64,000 nt of DNA from Nitrospinales bacterium (GTDB lineage Bacteria; Nitrospinota; Nitrospinia; Nitrospinales; VA-1): the NCBI GenBank assembly GCA_965262115.1, contig OZ253496.1:1312001-1376000 (forward strand). Direction: 5' to 3'. The position numbers and the translations under genes are program-made. Positions 1 to 9,133 of the stretch are shown piece after piece; position 1 is the first letter of the stretch, and each line of letters opens with the position of its first letter. The notes under the pieces were generated by a model, which made no database searches, was not told the DNA's origin, and was given only the letters and a program-made list of their open reading frames with translations.

Positions 1-3
1 GGG

Positions 4-3000
4 GTGGCATCCAGCTTCTGGCTGGTTTCACGCTACCCCGCTTTAGACAGCAAAGCCGCCCTCTCTGGCATGGAGGCCTTTGAAGACCCGCTCACCCACG
101 AGGCCCACTTTCACGCTCCCCGACAGGCGAACTTTGTCACACGTGTAGCCTATACCGCTATCAACTGGTACGAAACCAACTGGCGTGGAATGGCCTTTGG
201 CCTGGTTCTCGCGGCAGGATTCTACACCCTGCTCAAATATATCCCGCGCCAGTCTTCGGACCGGCGCTTTCGCAACAGTTTCATGGGAATGTTTGTCGGC
301 ACTCCGCTCGGGGTCTGTGTCAACTGCGTCGCGCCAATCGCCAAAGGCATGTATGAAGGCGGCAGCAAAATGGAAACGGCCCTGGCCGTCATGTTCAGTT
401 CTCCCACGCTGAACATCGTTGTGCTCACCATGCTGTTCTCGATTTTCCCCTTCTACATGGCATTGATGAAACTGCTGGCGACTTTTATTTTGATCCTTAT
501 CATCGTTCCGCTGATTTCGGAGAAAACCCGAACCGCGCCGGAAAAACAGGTCCTGGAAGTCGATCCTGCCACAACCTGCGACCTCAACTCCGATCAGGAA
601 TCCTGGGCGATATCTTTCAAATCAGCAAGCCAGGATTACTGGAAAAGTTTTGCCTACATCTTTACCCGCACCGTGCCGCTGATGTTACTGGCAGGAGTGT
701 TCGGGGCACTGGCCAGCCATCTATGGAGCTTTGACAAACTGATCGGAGCGCCGGTCAATCTGGCCAACCTCAGCTTGCTCTCCTTTATGGGAACGCTGAT
801 GCCTCTGCCTATCGCCTTCGACCTGATGCTGGCACAGGCCATGATGATGTCAGGGTTCTCCCCCGCCTTCGTCACCACACTGGTATTCACCTTCGGGACG
901 TTCAGCATCTATTCTGCCCTAATCATCTATCGAACTTTCTCTTTTTTTCTGGCAGTAAAATTGTTTGTGATCGTCTTTGCCATCGGCATCGGACTGGGAT
1001 ATGCCTCCAACAGTTTTCTGGAATACAAACACGTTAAATGGTTGGCACAGTATGACCGAATTATCGAAGCGCCAAAAAACAAGTCTGGCATCAAGTCACC
1101 AAAGGTAGAACGAACCGTTCCCAAGAAAATTTATTCTCCTGTACCGATGATCCGACATGCCGCCCCCATCATTCTCAAACAGGAAAACCTGACCGTTCAA
1201 GCCCTGGCCCACACACCCCGCAACAAACCAACCGGCAAACCGTTCACACAACAGATAGGAACGGAACTGGGAATCACCTATTCCAATTCCCTGACACCGG
1301 AAATTTTTCTTGACCCGTTGTTTTTCGGCCGTGGCATTGCCTCCGGAGATTTCAATCTCGATGGCTGGCCCGATATCGCCGTGGCCACTGATAATGGGTT
1401 CGAGCTCTACCAGAACATGAGTGGAACCCATTTCAAAAAGATATTCAGTGGTATCGAAATGTTAAACGGAAAACAGGCGATCAACATCGCACTGGTAGAC
1501 TTGAATAATGACGGCTGGCTCGATATTTTCCTGACCACTTTTAATGCAGGAAACTTTGTCATTCTCAATCCTCTACCTGATGAAGGGCGGGTGACCGTTC
1601 TTCCCGTTCCCAATGGAGGGGCTCTGCTGACCAGCGCCTCGGCCTTCGCCGACCTCAACCACGATGGGTTCCCCGATATCGTCAACGGCAATTATTTTTT
1701 GGGCATATTTACCCGCACTCCGGTCAAACAAGCGGTCAACCAATGGATTCTCAATCACAACCTTGAATTCAAAGTGCAAACCCTTGAGGGGATCCCCGGA
1801 CAAACTCACAGTGTCCTGCTATCGGATATCAACGCCGATGGGCAGGCCGATCTCATGATCGCAAATGACTATAGGGTTGCGGACACTTATTATTTCGGAA
1901 TTTCTAATGCAGGATTCAAAAAAATCCGCCAACAGGACGGGGTCGTCCCCCTGACCACGCAGAACACCATGAGTATCGATACCGGCGATTTTAACAATGA
2001 CCTGATCCCGGATATTTATCTCGCCAATATCGGGATGTCACGTGGGCTGGATGTGGTCTCCAATATTTTTGGCGCTACCATGCAGGAGGCAGGACTGGAA
2101 TTTTGCGATACCGGCAAAAGCGTGCTCGACCGCGAGAACTGCCACCAGTTCAACCAACTGACCACTTTGTTGAATCCGGAAAAGCAGGATATCACCGAAC
2201 ACTGTACCCGGCTGGAAGACCCGCAATGGATTAAAGAATGCATGGTCACACGCATGGTCCTCGTGGCGTCGAGCAGGAAGTCTGCTTCCCTCTGCGATAA
2301 AATTTTGGATCCGTTTACTCTCAATCGAACTTATTGCCAAAAATTTTTCCAGGCCGAGCATGTTGAAATTTCCCGAGAAAATGAAATCCCTATGCAGACC
2401 CAGTTCAACCTGCTGTTATCCGGTCAAGCAAATCACACTTTCAAGGATGTCTCTGAGCAAACAAAAATCTCCACCGCCGAGTGGAGTTGGAACGCCCGGT
2501 TCGCCGACCTCGATAACGATGAATGGCAAGATCTTTATGTGGTCAATGGCGTGCCCATCACGCAGGAGTTTGCCTCGAATAACTTTTTCCACAACCAGCG
2601 CGGCCAGTCTTTTACCCAGGCCCAGGTAGAGTTTGGCCTTGATGACCACGACCACAGCTCTTCCTACACATATATCGATATGGATCGTGACGGAGATCTC
2701 GATATCATCGCCAACACCTTATATGGAGCGTTTAAGGTCTACACCAATAACAATACCCAGGGAAACAGCATCACGGTCAAGCTGATCGATGAACAGGGCA
2801 ATCGATTCTGCCTCGGGTGCACCCTCATCATCCGCTACGGGCCGGATGGCAAACGCCACCAGATGCGCGAGATCAAAACCGGCGGCGGGTTCCATTCCTA
2901 CGATGCACCCATCGCCCACTTCGGTTTGGGAAAATATAAAACCCTCCAACAAATAGAAATAACCTGGTCCACCGGAGAAACTTCTAAATTACAACATGAG

Positions 3001-3051
3001 TTTTTAGCCAACCACGAATACACCATTAGGCGTGGGGCCGATGTGCAATAA
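4..3051 (+). CDS. DUF318/ArsP-like permease fused to FG-GAP (VCBS) repeats and a C-terminal ASPIC/UnbV domain (CRTAC1-like); probably 5'-truncated by the window edge
   Basis: N-terminal ~340 aa has many hydrophobic helices and the motif GTPLGVCVNCVAPIA...FSSPTLN. It is followed by repeated D-x-N/D-x-D-G-x-x-D motifs and a C-terminal GGGFHS...AHFGLG...IEITWSTG motif. Confidence 0.8.
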   Translation: MASSFWLVSRYPALDSKAALSGMEAFEDPLTHEAHFHAPRQANFVTRVAYTAINWYETNWRGMAFGLVLAAGFYTLLKYIPRQSSDRRFRNSFMGMFVGTPLGVCVNCVAPIAKGMYEGGSKMETALAVMFSSPTLNIVVLTMLFSIFPFYMALMKLLATFILILIIVPLISEKTRTAPEKQVLEVDPATTCDLNSDQESWAISFKSASQDYWKSFAYIFTRTVPLMLLAGVFGALASHLWSFDKLIGAPVNLANLSLLSFMGTLMPLPIAFDLMLAQAMMMSGFSPAFVTTLVFTFGTFSIYSALIIYRTFSFFLAVKLFVIVFAIGIGLGYASNSFLEYKHVKWLAQYDRIIEAPKNKSGIKSPKVERTVPKKIYSPVPMIRHAAPIILKQENLTVQALAHTPRNKPTGKPFTQQIGTELGITYSNSLTPEIFLDPLFFGRGIASGDFNLDGWPDIAVATDNGFELYQNMSGTHFKKIFSGIEMLNGKQAINIALVDLNNDGWLDIFLTTFNAGNFVILNPLPDEGRVTVLPVPNGGALLTSASAFADLNHDGFPDIVNGNYFLGIFTRTPVKQAVNQWILNHNLEFKVQTLEGIPGQTHSVLLSDINADGQADLMIANDYRVADTYYFGISNAGFKKIRQQDGVVPLTTQNTMSIDTGDFNNDLIPDIYLANIGMSRGLDVVSNIFGATMQEAGLEFCDTGKSVLDRENCHQFNQLTTLLNPEKQDITEHCTRLEDPQWIKECMVTRMVLVASSRKSASLCDKILDPFTLNRTYCQKFFQAEHVEISRENEIPMQTQFNLLLSGQANHTFKDVSEQTKISTAEWSWNARFADLDNDEWQDLYVVNGVPITQEFASNNFFHNQRGQSFTQAQVEFGLDDHDHSSSYTYIDMDRDGDLDIIANTLYGAFKVYTNNNTQGNSITVKLIDEQGNRFCLGCTLIIRYGPDGKRHQMREIKTGGGFHSYDAPIAHFGLGKYKTLQQIEITWSTGETSKLQHEFLANHEYTIRRGADVQ

Positions 3052-3245
3052 CCGGGTAGGCAAGCAACAGGTTATCTCGGCTTAAGATACCGCTACGATT
3101 CACCAACAATGAGGCGGAGATGCTGGGAAACTCTTGTAAAGGGCGCAATCGTATTCAGCCTGCCTGACGGGTATCGTCCTATTGCCCTCGGCGGCTCGCC
3201 GATGGTACAATTTCGGCGGGGAAAACAGTGGAGACATTTTAGAGC

Positions 3246-3626
3246 ATGTCACTTTGGTTAATCGTGGGTTTTGGCGGGTTTATCGGGGCGATTTTACGCT
3301 ACTGGGTCAGTGGGTGGATTCAGAGTGGATTCGTCACCTTCCCTTTTGGTACTATCGGGGTGAACTTTATTGGCAGTTTGCTGCTGGCGCTGGTCATGTA
3401 CGCCTCCGAATACCGAGGCCTTTTTGGCGAAGAAACACGGGTGTTCCTGACCATCGGTGTTCTCGGCTCGTTCACCACCATGTCGACCCTCAGCTATGAG
3501 TCAATGAAACTTTTGGAACAAGACCAGCATATGCTGTTTGGACTTAACCTGGTGGGAACCGTCACGCTCTGCCTGCTGGCCGTTTACATGGGAAAAGTTT
3601 TGATCACCGTTATAGGACTTAAATAA
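3246..3626 (+). CDS. crcB: Fluoride efflux channel CrcB/Fluc
   Basis: GGFIGAILRY, FPFGTIGVNFIGS and GVLGSFTTMST motifs; 126 aa. Confidence 0.95.
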   Translation: MSLWLIVGFGGFIGAILRYWVSGWIQSGFVTFPFGTIGVNFIGSLLLALVMYASEYRGLFGEETRVFLTIGVLGSFTTMSTLSYESMKLLEQDQHMLFGLNLVGTVTLCLLAVYMGKVLITVIGLK

Positions 3627-3627
3627 A

Positions 3628-3984
3628 ATGAAAAAAGAATCCGATGCCATTCTTCTGAGAATTTTTATCGGCGAGTCCGACAAATATGAGGGCGTGCCGC
3701 TTTCCAAATATCTGGTGGAATTTTTCAAGAATGAGGGGTTGGCTGGAGCCACTGTTTTGAGGGGGATCAGCGGATTCGAGAAATCCAGCAAACTGCACAC
3801 GACATCCATACTAAGATTATCCGATGACCTGCCGATCGTGGTGGAAGTGGTGGACCGGAAAGAAAATATCGAACGTGTCAAACCGAAACTGGACGACGTG
3901 ATCGAAGAAGGATTGATCACCGAAGAAGAAGTTAAAATCATCCTCTACGAAGGAACCAGGCGCGGAGCCGAGGGTGAAAAGTAA
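3628..3984 (+). CDS. DUF190 family protein (PII-like fold, commonly next to crcB)
   Basis: LLRIFIGESD...GLAGATVLRGISGF...LSDDLPIVVEVVD; 1 bp downstream of crcB. Confidence 0.9.
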   Translation: MKKESDAILLRIFIGESDKYEGVPLSKYLVEFFKNEGLAGATVLRGISGFEKSSKLHTTSILRLSDDLPIVVEVVDRKENIERVKPKLDDVIEEGLITEEEVKIILYEGTRRGAEGEK

Positions 3985-4022
3985 TAGGTCTGTCTGGATA
4001 GCAATCTAATTTCAAATAGTAT

Positions 4023-4099
<77 letters not shown>

Positions 4100-4107
4100 T
4101 TTAAAAC

Positions 4108-4146
4108 AAAGGTTTATGGGTTTCCTCCCGTAGACCTTTTTCTTTT
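4108..4146 (+). terminator. Intrinsic terminator after tRNA-Arg
   Basis: Stem AAAGGTTTATGGG/CCCGTAGACCTTT (with G-U pairs) followed by a T-rich tract. Confidence 0.65.
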
Positions 4147-4362
4147 AGTCGGCACATAGTAGGCGGTAGGGAAAAGTAAGGGGATAAAACTTCATACAGG
4201 GGAAAGCGGACAGGCTTCTTACTCCCGCTACTCCCGCTACTTTTCAGCAATTTCCCCGATTTCCCGCCTGTTAATTTTCTCATTTGTGGCTGAAGGTGCG
4301 TGGATTCGGGCAAGGCATATATTATTAGATAAAGACTGACATATTTTTTAGGAGGACAGACA

Positions 4363-4653
4363 ATGGCCAGTTATCTAATGCTAGGCAATTTCACAGACCA
4401 GGGAATTAGAAACGTTGAAGAAACCATCAAACGTGGGGAGCGCTTCAAAGAGATGGCTAAAGAATGTGGAGTGGAGATCGAGGAACTCATGTGGTTGTTG
4501 GGAGATCACGATGTATTCTGCATTGCTGACGCTGAAAATGACCTTGCGATCACTACCTTGCTCCTGAAGGCGGGATCAAAAGGATTCATCAAGACCAGCA
4601 CCTCTCGGGCCTTTAGCAAGGACGAGATGGGCGCCATCGTCCAAAAAATGTAA
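4363..4653 (+). CDS. GYD domain-containing protein
   Basis: YLMLGNFTDQGIRN...LLGDHDV...TSTSRAF pattern; strong AGGAGG ribosome-binding site. Confidence 0.85.
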   Translation: MASYLMLGNFTDQGIRNVEETIKRGERFKEMAKECGVEIEELMWLLGDHDVFCIADAENDLAITTLLLKAGSKGFIKTSTSRAFSKDEMGAIVQKM

Positions 4654-4721
4654 TAGAGGAATTGTTCAGTAACAAGAAGGGGGGTAACCTCAATGGGTAT
4701 ACCCGGGTGCCAGGGGGTCCG

Positions 4722-4783
4722 CGATAAACCCCTACCAAGAGTCCGCCAAGCTTATGGTTTATTCTCTTGGTAGGGGTTTATCG
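4722..4783. repeat. Perfect 20-bp inverted repeat with 22-nt spacer
   Basis: CGATAAACCCCTACCAAGAG (4722-4741) and its exact reverse complement (4764-4783), followed by TTTT. Confidence 0.9.
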
Positions 4784-4986
4784 TTTTGGGATAGTTATTC
4801 CCCCTGATCTAATTCCATCTTATAAAACACCCCCGCCTCTCAAAAAAGCCATTGATCACACGTTTTATATTTACATTACCTCATTGATTGATTTAGTGAT
4901 TCGGAAATGGCAAAATCTTAGCCTAGTCCAAGGTAAAATATTTTTTGAATAAGAAATCCTGATCAACTTTTAATTGAGGTGATTCC

Positions 4987-5832
4987 ATGAAGCGCATGAT
5001 TGGCATAGGCGGTGGATTACTGGTTTTAGTCGCTATCGCGGTATTTTTCTTATACTCATCGCTGGATACGATTATCACAAGCGCTGTTGAAAAGTTCGGT
5101 TCGGAAATCACGCAAACCCGGGTCACCCTGAAGGAAACAAAAATTTCGCCCACCGATGGCAAGGGGACTCTGCGCGGATTCAGAATGACCAATCCGGCAA
5201 ACTTTAAAACCGAAAGCGCTGTCGAGTTTGATGAAATCAGCATGACGTTGAACATCAAAACGATTACTGAAGACACAATAGTCGTCAAAGATATAACCAT
5301 TTCCGGCCCCAGGATCACTTACGAACATAGTTCCAGTGGCAGCAACATTGATGTGATTAAGAGAAATGTGGACTCTTATCTGGGAACGGGATCCAAAGAG
5401 AAAACTGGCAGCAAAAAGCTCATCATCGAAAAACTATCCATCCTCAACGGCAAAGCCAATGTCAGCGCCGCGATTCTGCAAGGCAAAACCATATCGGTAA
5501 ATATTCCCGATATTGTTTTGAAATACATTGGCAAAAGCAAAGGTGGCGCAACACCGGGAGAGGTGGTCAACAAAGTAATGGCCGCCCTGCAAAAAAATAT
5601 CAATGGAGCGGTCACACCCCTGAATCTGGATCAGGTTAAAGAGGTGGTGGGCTCAGTCGTTTCCGGAGCCAAGGATATGCTGGAGAAAGGTACCTCCGGA
5701 GTTAAAGACATGCTGGAAAAAGGCGCGACCAAAGATATGATTGAAAGCGGTAAGAGCATGATTGAAAACAGCAAAGACCTGATTGAAAAAAACCCGGTCG
5801 GTGATGCCATGAAAGGACTCTTTGGAAATTGA
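4987..5832 (+). CDS. AsmA/DUF748-like membrane-anchored protein
   Basis: N-terminal transmembrane helix, NPANF...AVEFDEI and GKSKGGATPGEV motifs, repetitive amphipathic C-terminus. Confidence 0.6.
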   Translation: MKRMIGIGGGLLVLVAIAVFFLYSSLDTIITSAVEKFGSEITQTRVTLKETKISPTDGKGTLRGFRMTNPANFKTESAVEFDEISMTLNIKTITEDTIVVKDITISGPRITYEHSSSGSNIDVIKRNVDSYLGTGSKEKTGSKKLIIEKLSILNGKANVSAAILQGKTISVNIPDIVLKYIGKSKGGATPGEVVNKVMAALQKNINGAVTPLNLDQVKEVVGSVVSGAKDMLEKGTSGVKDMLEKGATKDMIESGKSMIENSKDLIEKNPVGDAMKGLFGN

Positions 5833-5911
5833 GCGGAGAACCGCCAGAAATAGACTGATCCCAATTCGCATAAGGTTTACCGCCTTTACTAAAACTCATC
5901 CGACACACGGA

Positions 5912-7447
5912 TCATGATCGCTTTTTATAGATGAGAAGATAATGGTTGGATCGGGGAAGATAACCCCTCGCCTGCTCACCCCATTTATAAAGCGTCTCCT
6001 CGCGGGAAAGGATATCTACCACTCCGGAAATCTCATACCCTCTGGCCACAAAACCCTGAGCCCAGTCTATCAACAGGGTTTGTGAATTTGAATCGAACAA
6101 CCAGGATGTGTGAATATTCGCCAGCACGATGAATTCAGGCCGGGAAACTTGTATTTCCAGAATCATCTCTGTCTGCATATGGCGGGCGTAGGAATGTTGT
6201 TCCCCCAGGTGATACATATAAAGATGCCGCGTCGCGGATTTCCTTTTTGAATAAAATAAGATCTGCGGTTCCGACCCAAAAATGGCAACTCTGTCATCTT
6301 TTTGTGAATGGTCGCGAATGTATTTAGCGATCTCAAGAGACTCCGGAAAAGGATTCGGATAGTATATCGATCGGGTCGCTTCGGTGACCGGGAGGGTGAA
6401 GAAAAAATCCGTCTTGCTCAATACAGGAAACCCCAGAATCACAGTCAGGATTCCCACAGGGATTGCAGTTTTAATTCCGCGAAACCTCAAGCTCTCGAAA
6501 CCTGCGCCCACAAGCAGAGAAACGGCGGGCATCCATAACAAAAAATAATGTGGCCTGAAATAGAGCCCGGGAGTCACCGCTAAAAATGAACACACAAAGA
6601 ATCCGATCAAGAATTTGTATTCCCGCCTGACATCCTTTCTCCAGCCTACCGATACCAGTCCCAACAAAGCTAACAACAGGATCGGAAAATTGGACTCTAA
6701 AATTTGTTCGAAAACCCATTTGAAGTTTTCAAAACCCTGATCCAGCGGAACCATGGAAACGTATTCCAAAGGGTATAGAAATGTGCAGAACCAGAAATCA
6801 GAAGAATTTCCGGTAACCTGGTAGAGTAAGGCTGAAAGAATCACCGGTGCCAACCCGCCTGCCGCAAACAACCCTAAAGTCAGACGGGGTTTTTTGAGAG
6901 GTTGGGTGATAACTCTGTAACTCAGATAAACCGCGCCAAAAAGGCAAAAAAAGACAGCATGCTGCTTTATCAGCAGAGCAAACCCCAACAGAAGTCCGCT
7001 TAAGAAAAACCGTGCGGGTTGATCCTGAGCTATCCGCAATAGCCAAATCCCGCCGATGGCAAAAAGCAGGACAAAGTGTTCTGAATTTGCCCAAAAACCC
7101 TGAAGGAATGGAGTCAAGGTTAAAACACAAAAGCTAACCCCTGCTACAATACCCGCGGACAGGCTCAATAAATTTCTCCCCAGTAAAAACAGAAGAAACG
7201 CCGTGGCAAGGTTTACAAATAACAAGGACAAATGAATGGCAACAGGGGTCTGGCCAAAAACTGCCAGAACTGCGGCATACACTAAAAAGATGCCGGGAAA
7301 TTTCATGCTGTGGGCTTCGGTATAAGGCAGGACCCCCTGAAGCAACTGCTGGGCCACATAGGCATACTCACCTTCATCACGTTCAAGGGGAACTCCCAAA
7401 AGTCGGAGCCGGACCAAAACGATGCTTACCAGGAAAATCGCGGCCAT
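5912..7447 (-). CDS. GT39/ArnT-like integral membrane glycosyltransferase
   Basis: PLERDEGEYAY...LPY...KFPG motif and many transmembrane helices. The true start may be an in-frame ATA at 7498 with an AGGAG site upstream. Confidence 0.8.
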   Translation of the reverse strand: MAAIFLVSIVLVRLRLLGVPLERDEGEYAYVAQQLLQGVLPYTEAHSMKFPGIFLVYAAVLAVFGQTPVAIHLSLLFVNLATAFLLFLLGRNLLSLSAGIVAGVSFCVLTLTPFLQGFWANSEHFVLLFAIGGIWLLRIAQDQPARFFLSGLLLGFALLIKQHAVFFCLFGAVYLSYRVITQPLKKPRLTLGLFAAGGLAPVILSALLYQVTGNSSDFWFCTFLYPLEYVSMVPLDQGFENFKWVFEQILESNFPILLLALLGLVSVGWRKDVRREYKFLIGFFVCSFLAVTPGLYFRPHYFLLWMPAVSLLVGAGFESLRFRGIKTAIPVGILTVILGFPVLSKTDFFFTLPVTEATRSIYYPNPFPESLEIAKYIRDHSQKDDRVAIFGSEPQILFYSKRKSATRHLYMYHLGEQHSYARHMQTEMILEIQVSRPEFIVLANIHTSWLFDSNSQTLLIDWAQGFVARGYEISGVVDILSREETLYKWGEQARGYLPRSNHYLLIYKKRS

Positions 7448-7727
7448 CCATAACAGATATGTACTTTGGGGACTTCTAGTGGATTGCGTGGACTGTATTT
7501 TTGTGCTCCTGAAAAAAATGGTGGGTCAACCGGTAATATCAATGGGAAGAATCTGCAAAGCCAGCCTTCCTCACCACAGAGGGTAAAATAGGTTCAAGAA
7601 CATGTAAACAGATAAAAGCTATCCAGGCATTCCTGCTTCAAGCTAAACTCCTCTTTGACCTGCTTGACAAAAGGATCCAGTGGATTCGGAGTACGCGAAA
7701 GATAAAACCAGGCGAGGGGTTACGGCG

Positions 7728-7958
7728 TCAGGCTCCCCTTCTCTCGCTCGAAAAGTCTCTTCGCATTTCTGACCGGCGGGAAGCCTCGCGTTTATCGAGG
7801 GCAATGGTCAATAATGATTGTCTCCGGTCTTCATTCCTTCGACCAGGAAAGTCTCTTCTTTCCTCCTGGCGCTGATCCCCTTCTTCAGTATCCAGAAACA
7901 AAATTTCGCCCAGTAGGGACTCTTGAGTAGAATACTTGCAGGACGCATATATTCCCAC
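7728..7958 (-). CDS. Small Arg-rich protein with repeated (D/E)RR motifs; start uncertain
   Basis: DQRQEERRDFPGRRNEDRRQ...SRRSEMRRDFSSERR. Confidence 0.45.
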   Translation of the reverse strand: MGIYASCKYSTQESLLGEILFLDTEEGDQRQEERRDFPGRRNEDRRQSLLTIALDKREASRRSEMRRDFSSERRGA

Positions 7959-8426
7959 TTTTTCCTCACTATTAAAACCCCATTTTTTTAGGAATTTAGA
8001 TTTTTTTCTAGTCTCCTATCCGTATCAAGCAGAACTCCTCATCTGCCAGGACCAAGTATCCACTAAAAATACAAACAGTTATATAAATTTCAGGGGGATA
8101 GACCCTGCAAAAACCAATATCCCGCGTCCCCGACGGGCAAACAGGAACTATATATTTCAGCAAATAGGTTGGGTTCAGACACACTTTATGATACAATCCC
8201 CGAGCAAATGGGTTGACGTTAGTTGATGACTGTTTTTTAGGAAAACTATCAGGATAAATCGGAGCGCAAATTGATGGGCTTTATTTCCCAAACCGTCCAA
8301 GCACAACCATGTATGGTTTTTTTTGCTCCACAAAAGGCAAAATGCCAACCTAAATTCAAATTTGGGAAACCCTGATTTCCGGATCAGGAAAAAAGTTCCC
8401 GCTTATTTTGCAGGAGAGCATTTAGC

Positions 8427-8627
8427 ATGGATCAAGGAAAAGTAAAATGGTTCAACGAAAGCAAAGGTTATGGTTTTATCGAGTCCGATGATGGTGAAGA
8501 TTGTTTTGTTCATTTTTCAGAAATTCAAGGTGATGGCTTCAAAACCCTCCATGAAGGACAGGCCGTGGAATTCGAAAAGACCATGGGTCAAAAAGGACCG
8601 CAAGCCTCAAAAGTTGTCCCCAAATAA
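8427..8627 (+). CDS. csp: Cold-shock protein (CspA family)
   Basis: [15 protein letters not shown]...[20 protein letters not shown] ribosome-binding site. Confidence 0.97.
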   Translation: MDQGKVKWFNESKGYGFIESDDGEDCFVHFSEIQGDGFKTLHEGQAVEFEKTMGQKGPQASKVVPK

Positions 8628-8648
8628 AGCAGTTTCAAGTGTCTTTCC

Positions 8649-8672
8649 CCGGCAGAGTTTTTACTCTGCCGG
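8649..8672 (+). terminator. Hairpin, probable terminator after csp
   Basis: Perfect 10-bp stem CCGGCAGAGT/ACTCTGCCGG with a 4-nt loop. Confidence 0.6.
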
Positions 8673-8729
8673 TTAAGTTTCGGCCACTAACCCAATTGCG
8701 TACAAGACATATTAGAAAGAGGAAAGACT

Positions 8730-8912
8730 ATGCATGAAGTAAAAGTTTATGACAGTTCTGGTAACTTGAAAAAAATCATTTCCGTTAAAACCCTTACACA
8801 AAGGTCTGACCAGCAAATCAAGTCGCCTTCCCTGTACAATAAGAAATGGCGCAAGGCAAAGCCGATGGTCAAAGTTGAGAAAAAGGATCCCAAGGCCGCT
8901 TCAACAAGGTAA
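8730..8912 (+). CDS. Small basic hypothetical protein (60 aa)
   Basis: GAGG ribosome-binding site and ATG start; MHEVKVYDSSGNLKKIISVK... Confidence 0.65.
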   Translation: MHEVKVYDSSGNLKKIISVKTLTQRSDQQIKSPSLYNKKWRKAKPMVKVEKKDPKAASTR

Positions 8913-9133
8913 CCCCAGAGCTTTGGGGCTCCTTTCCGCATTCATTTTCTACACTGTAAAAGTTCCAGTCACCGCCCCCCCCCAGATTTATACTGAGCCT
9001 CAGTTCAATCCCCGCTAGGGGGTAAAGCCCCCCCCTTATCTAATTAGCAGACAAGCCAGGCCTGGGAAGCTGTGGAGCTTCCTGATTCGCTTTTTATGGT
9101 GGAACGCCACCTTGTTATTGATACAATACCGTC

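Noticed and set aside
3052..3245. Canonical fluoride riboswitch
   Set aside because: The GATGG-x-TTC-x-CC...GCT(G/A)ATGAC-x-CCT consensus could not be located, so it is reported only as a candidate structured leader.
8730..8912. 60-aa ORF as a confident RiPP precursor
   Set aside because: It has no recognisable leader or cleavage motif and is separated from the radical SAM gene by about 220 bp and a hairpin, so it is kept only as a weak candidate.
8940..9133. Cobalamin riboswitch upstream of the B12-dependent radical SAM gene
   Set aside because: AAGCCAGG and GGGAAG fragments are present, but in the wrong order and without the core AGGGAA..CCGGTG..CCCCCGCAACTGT elements.
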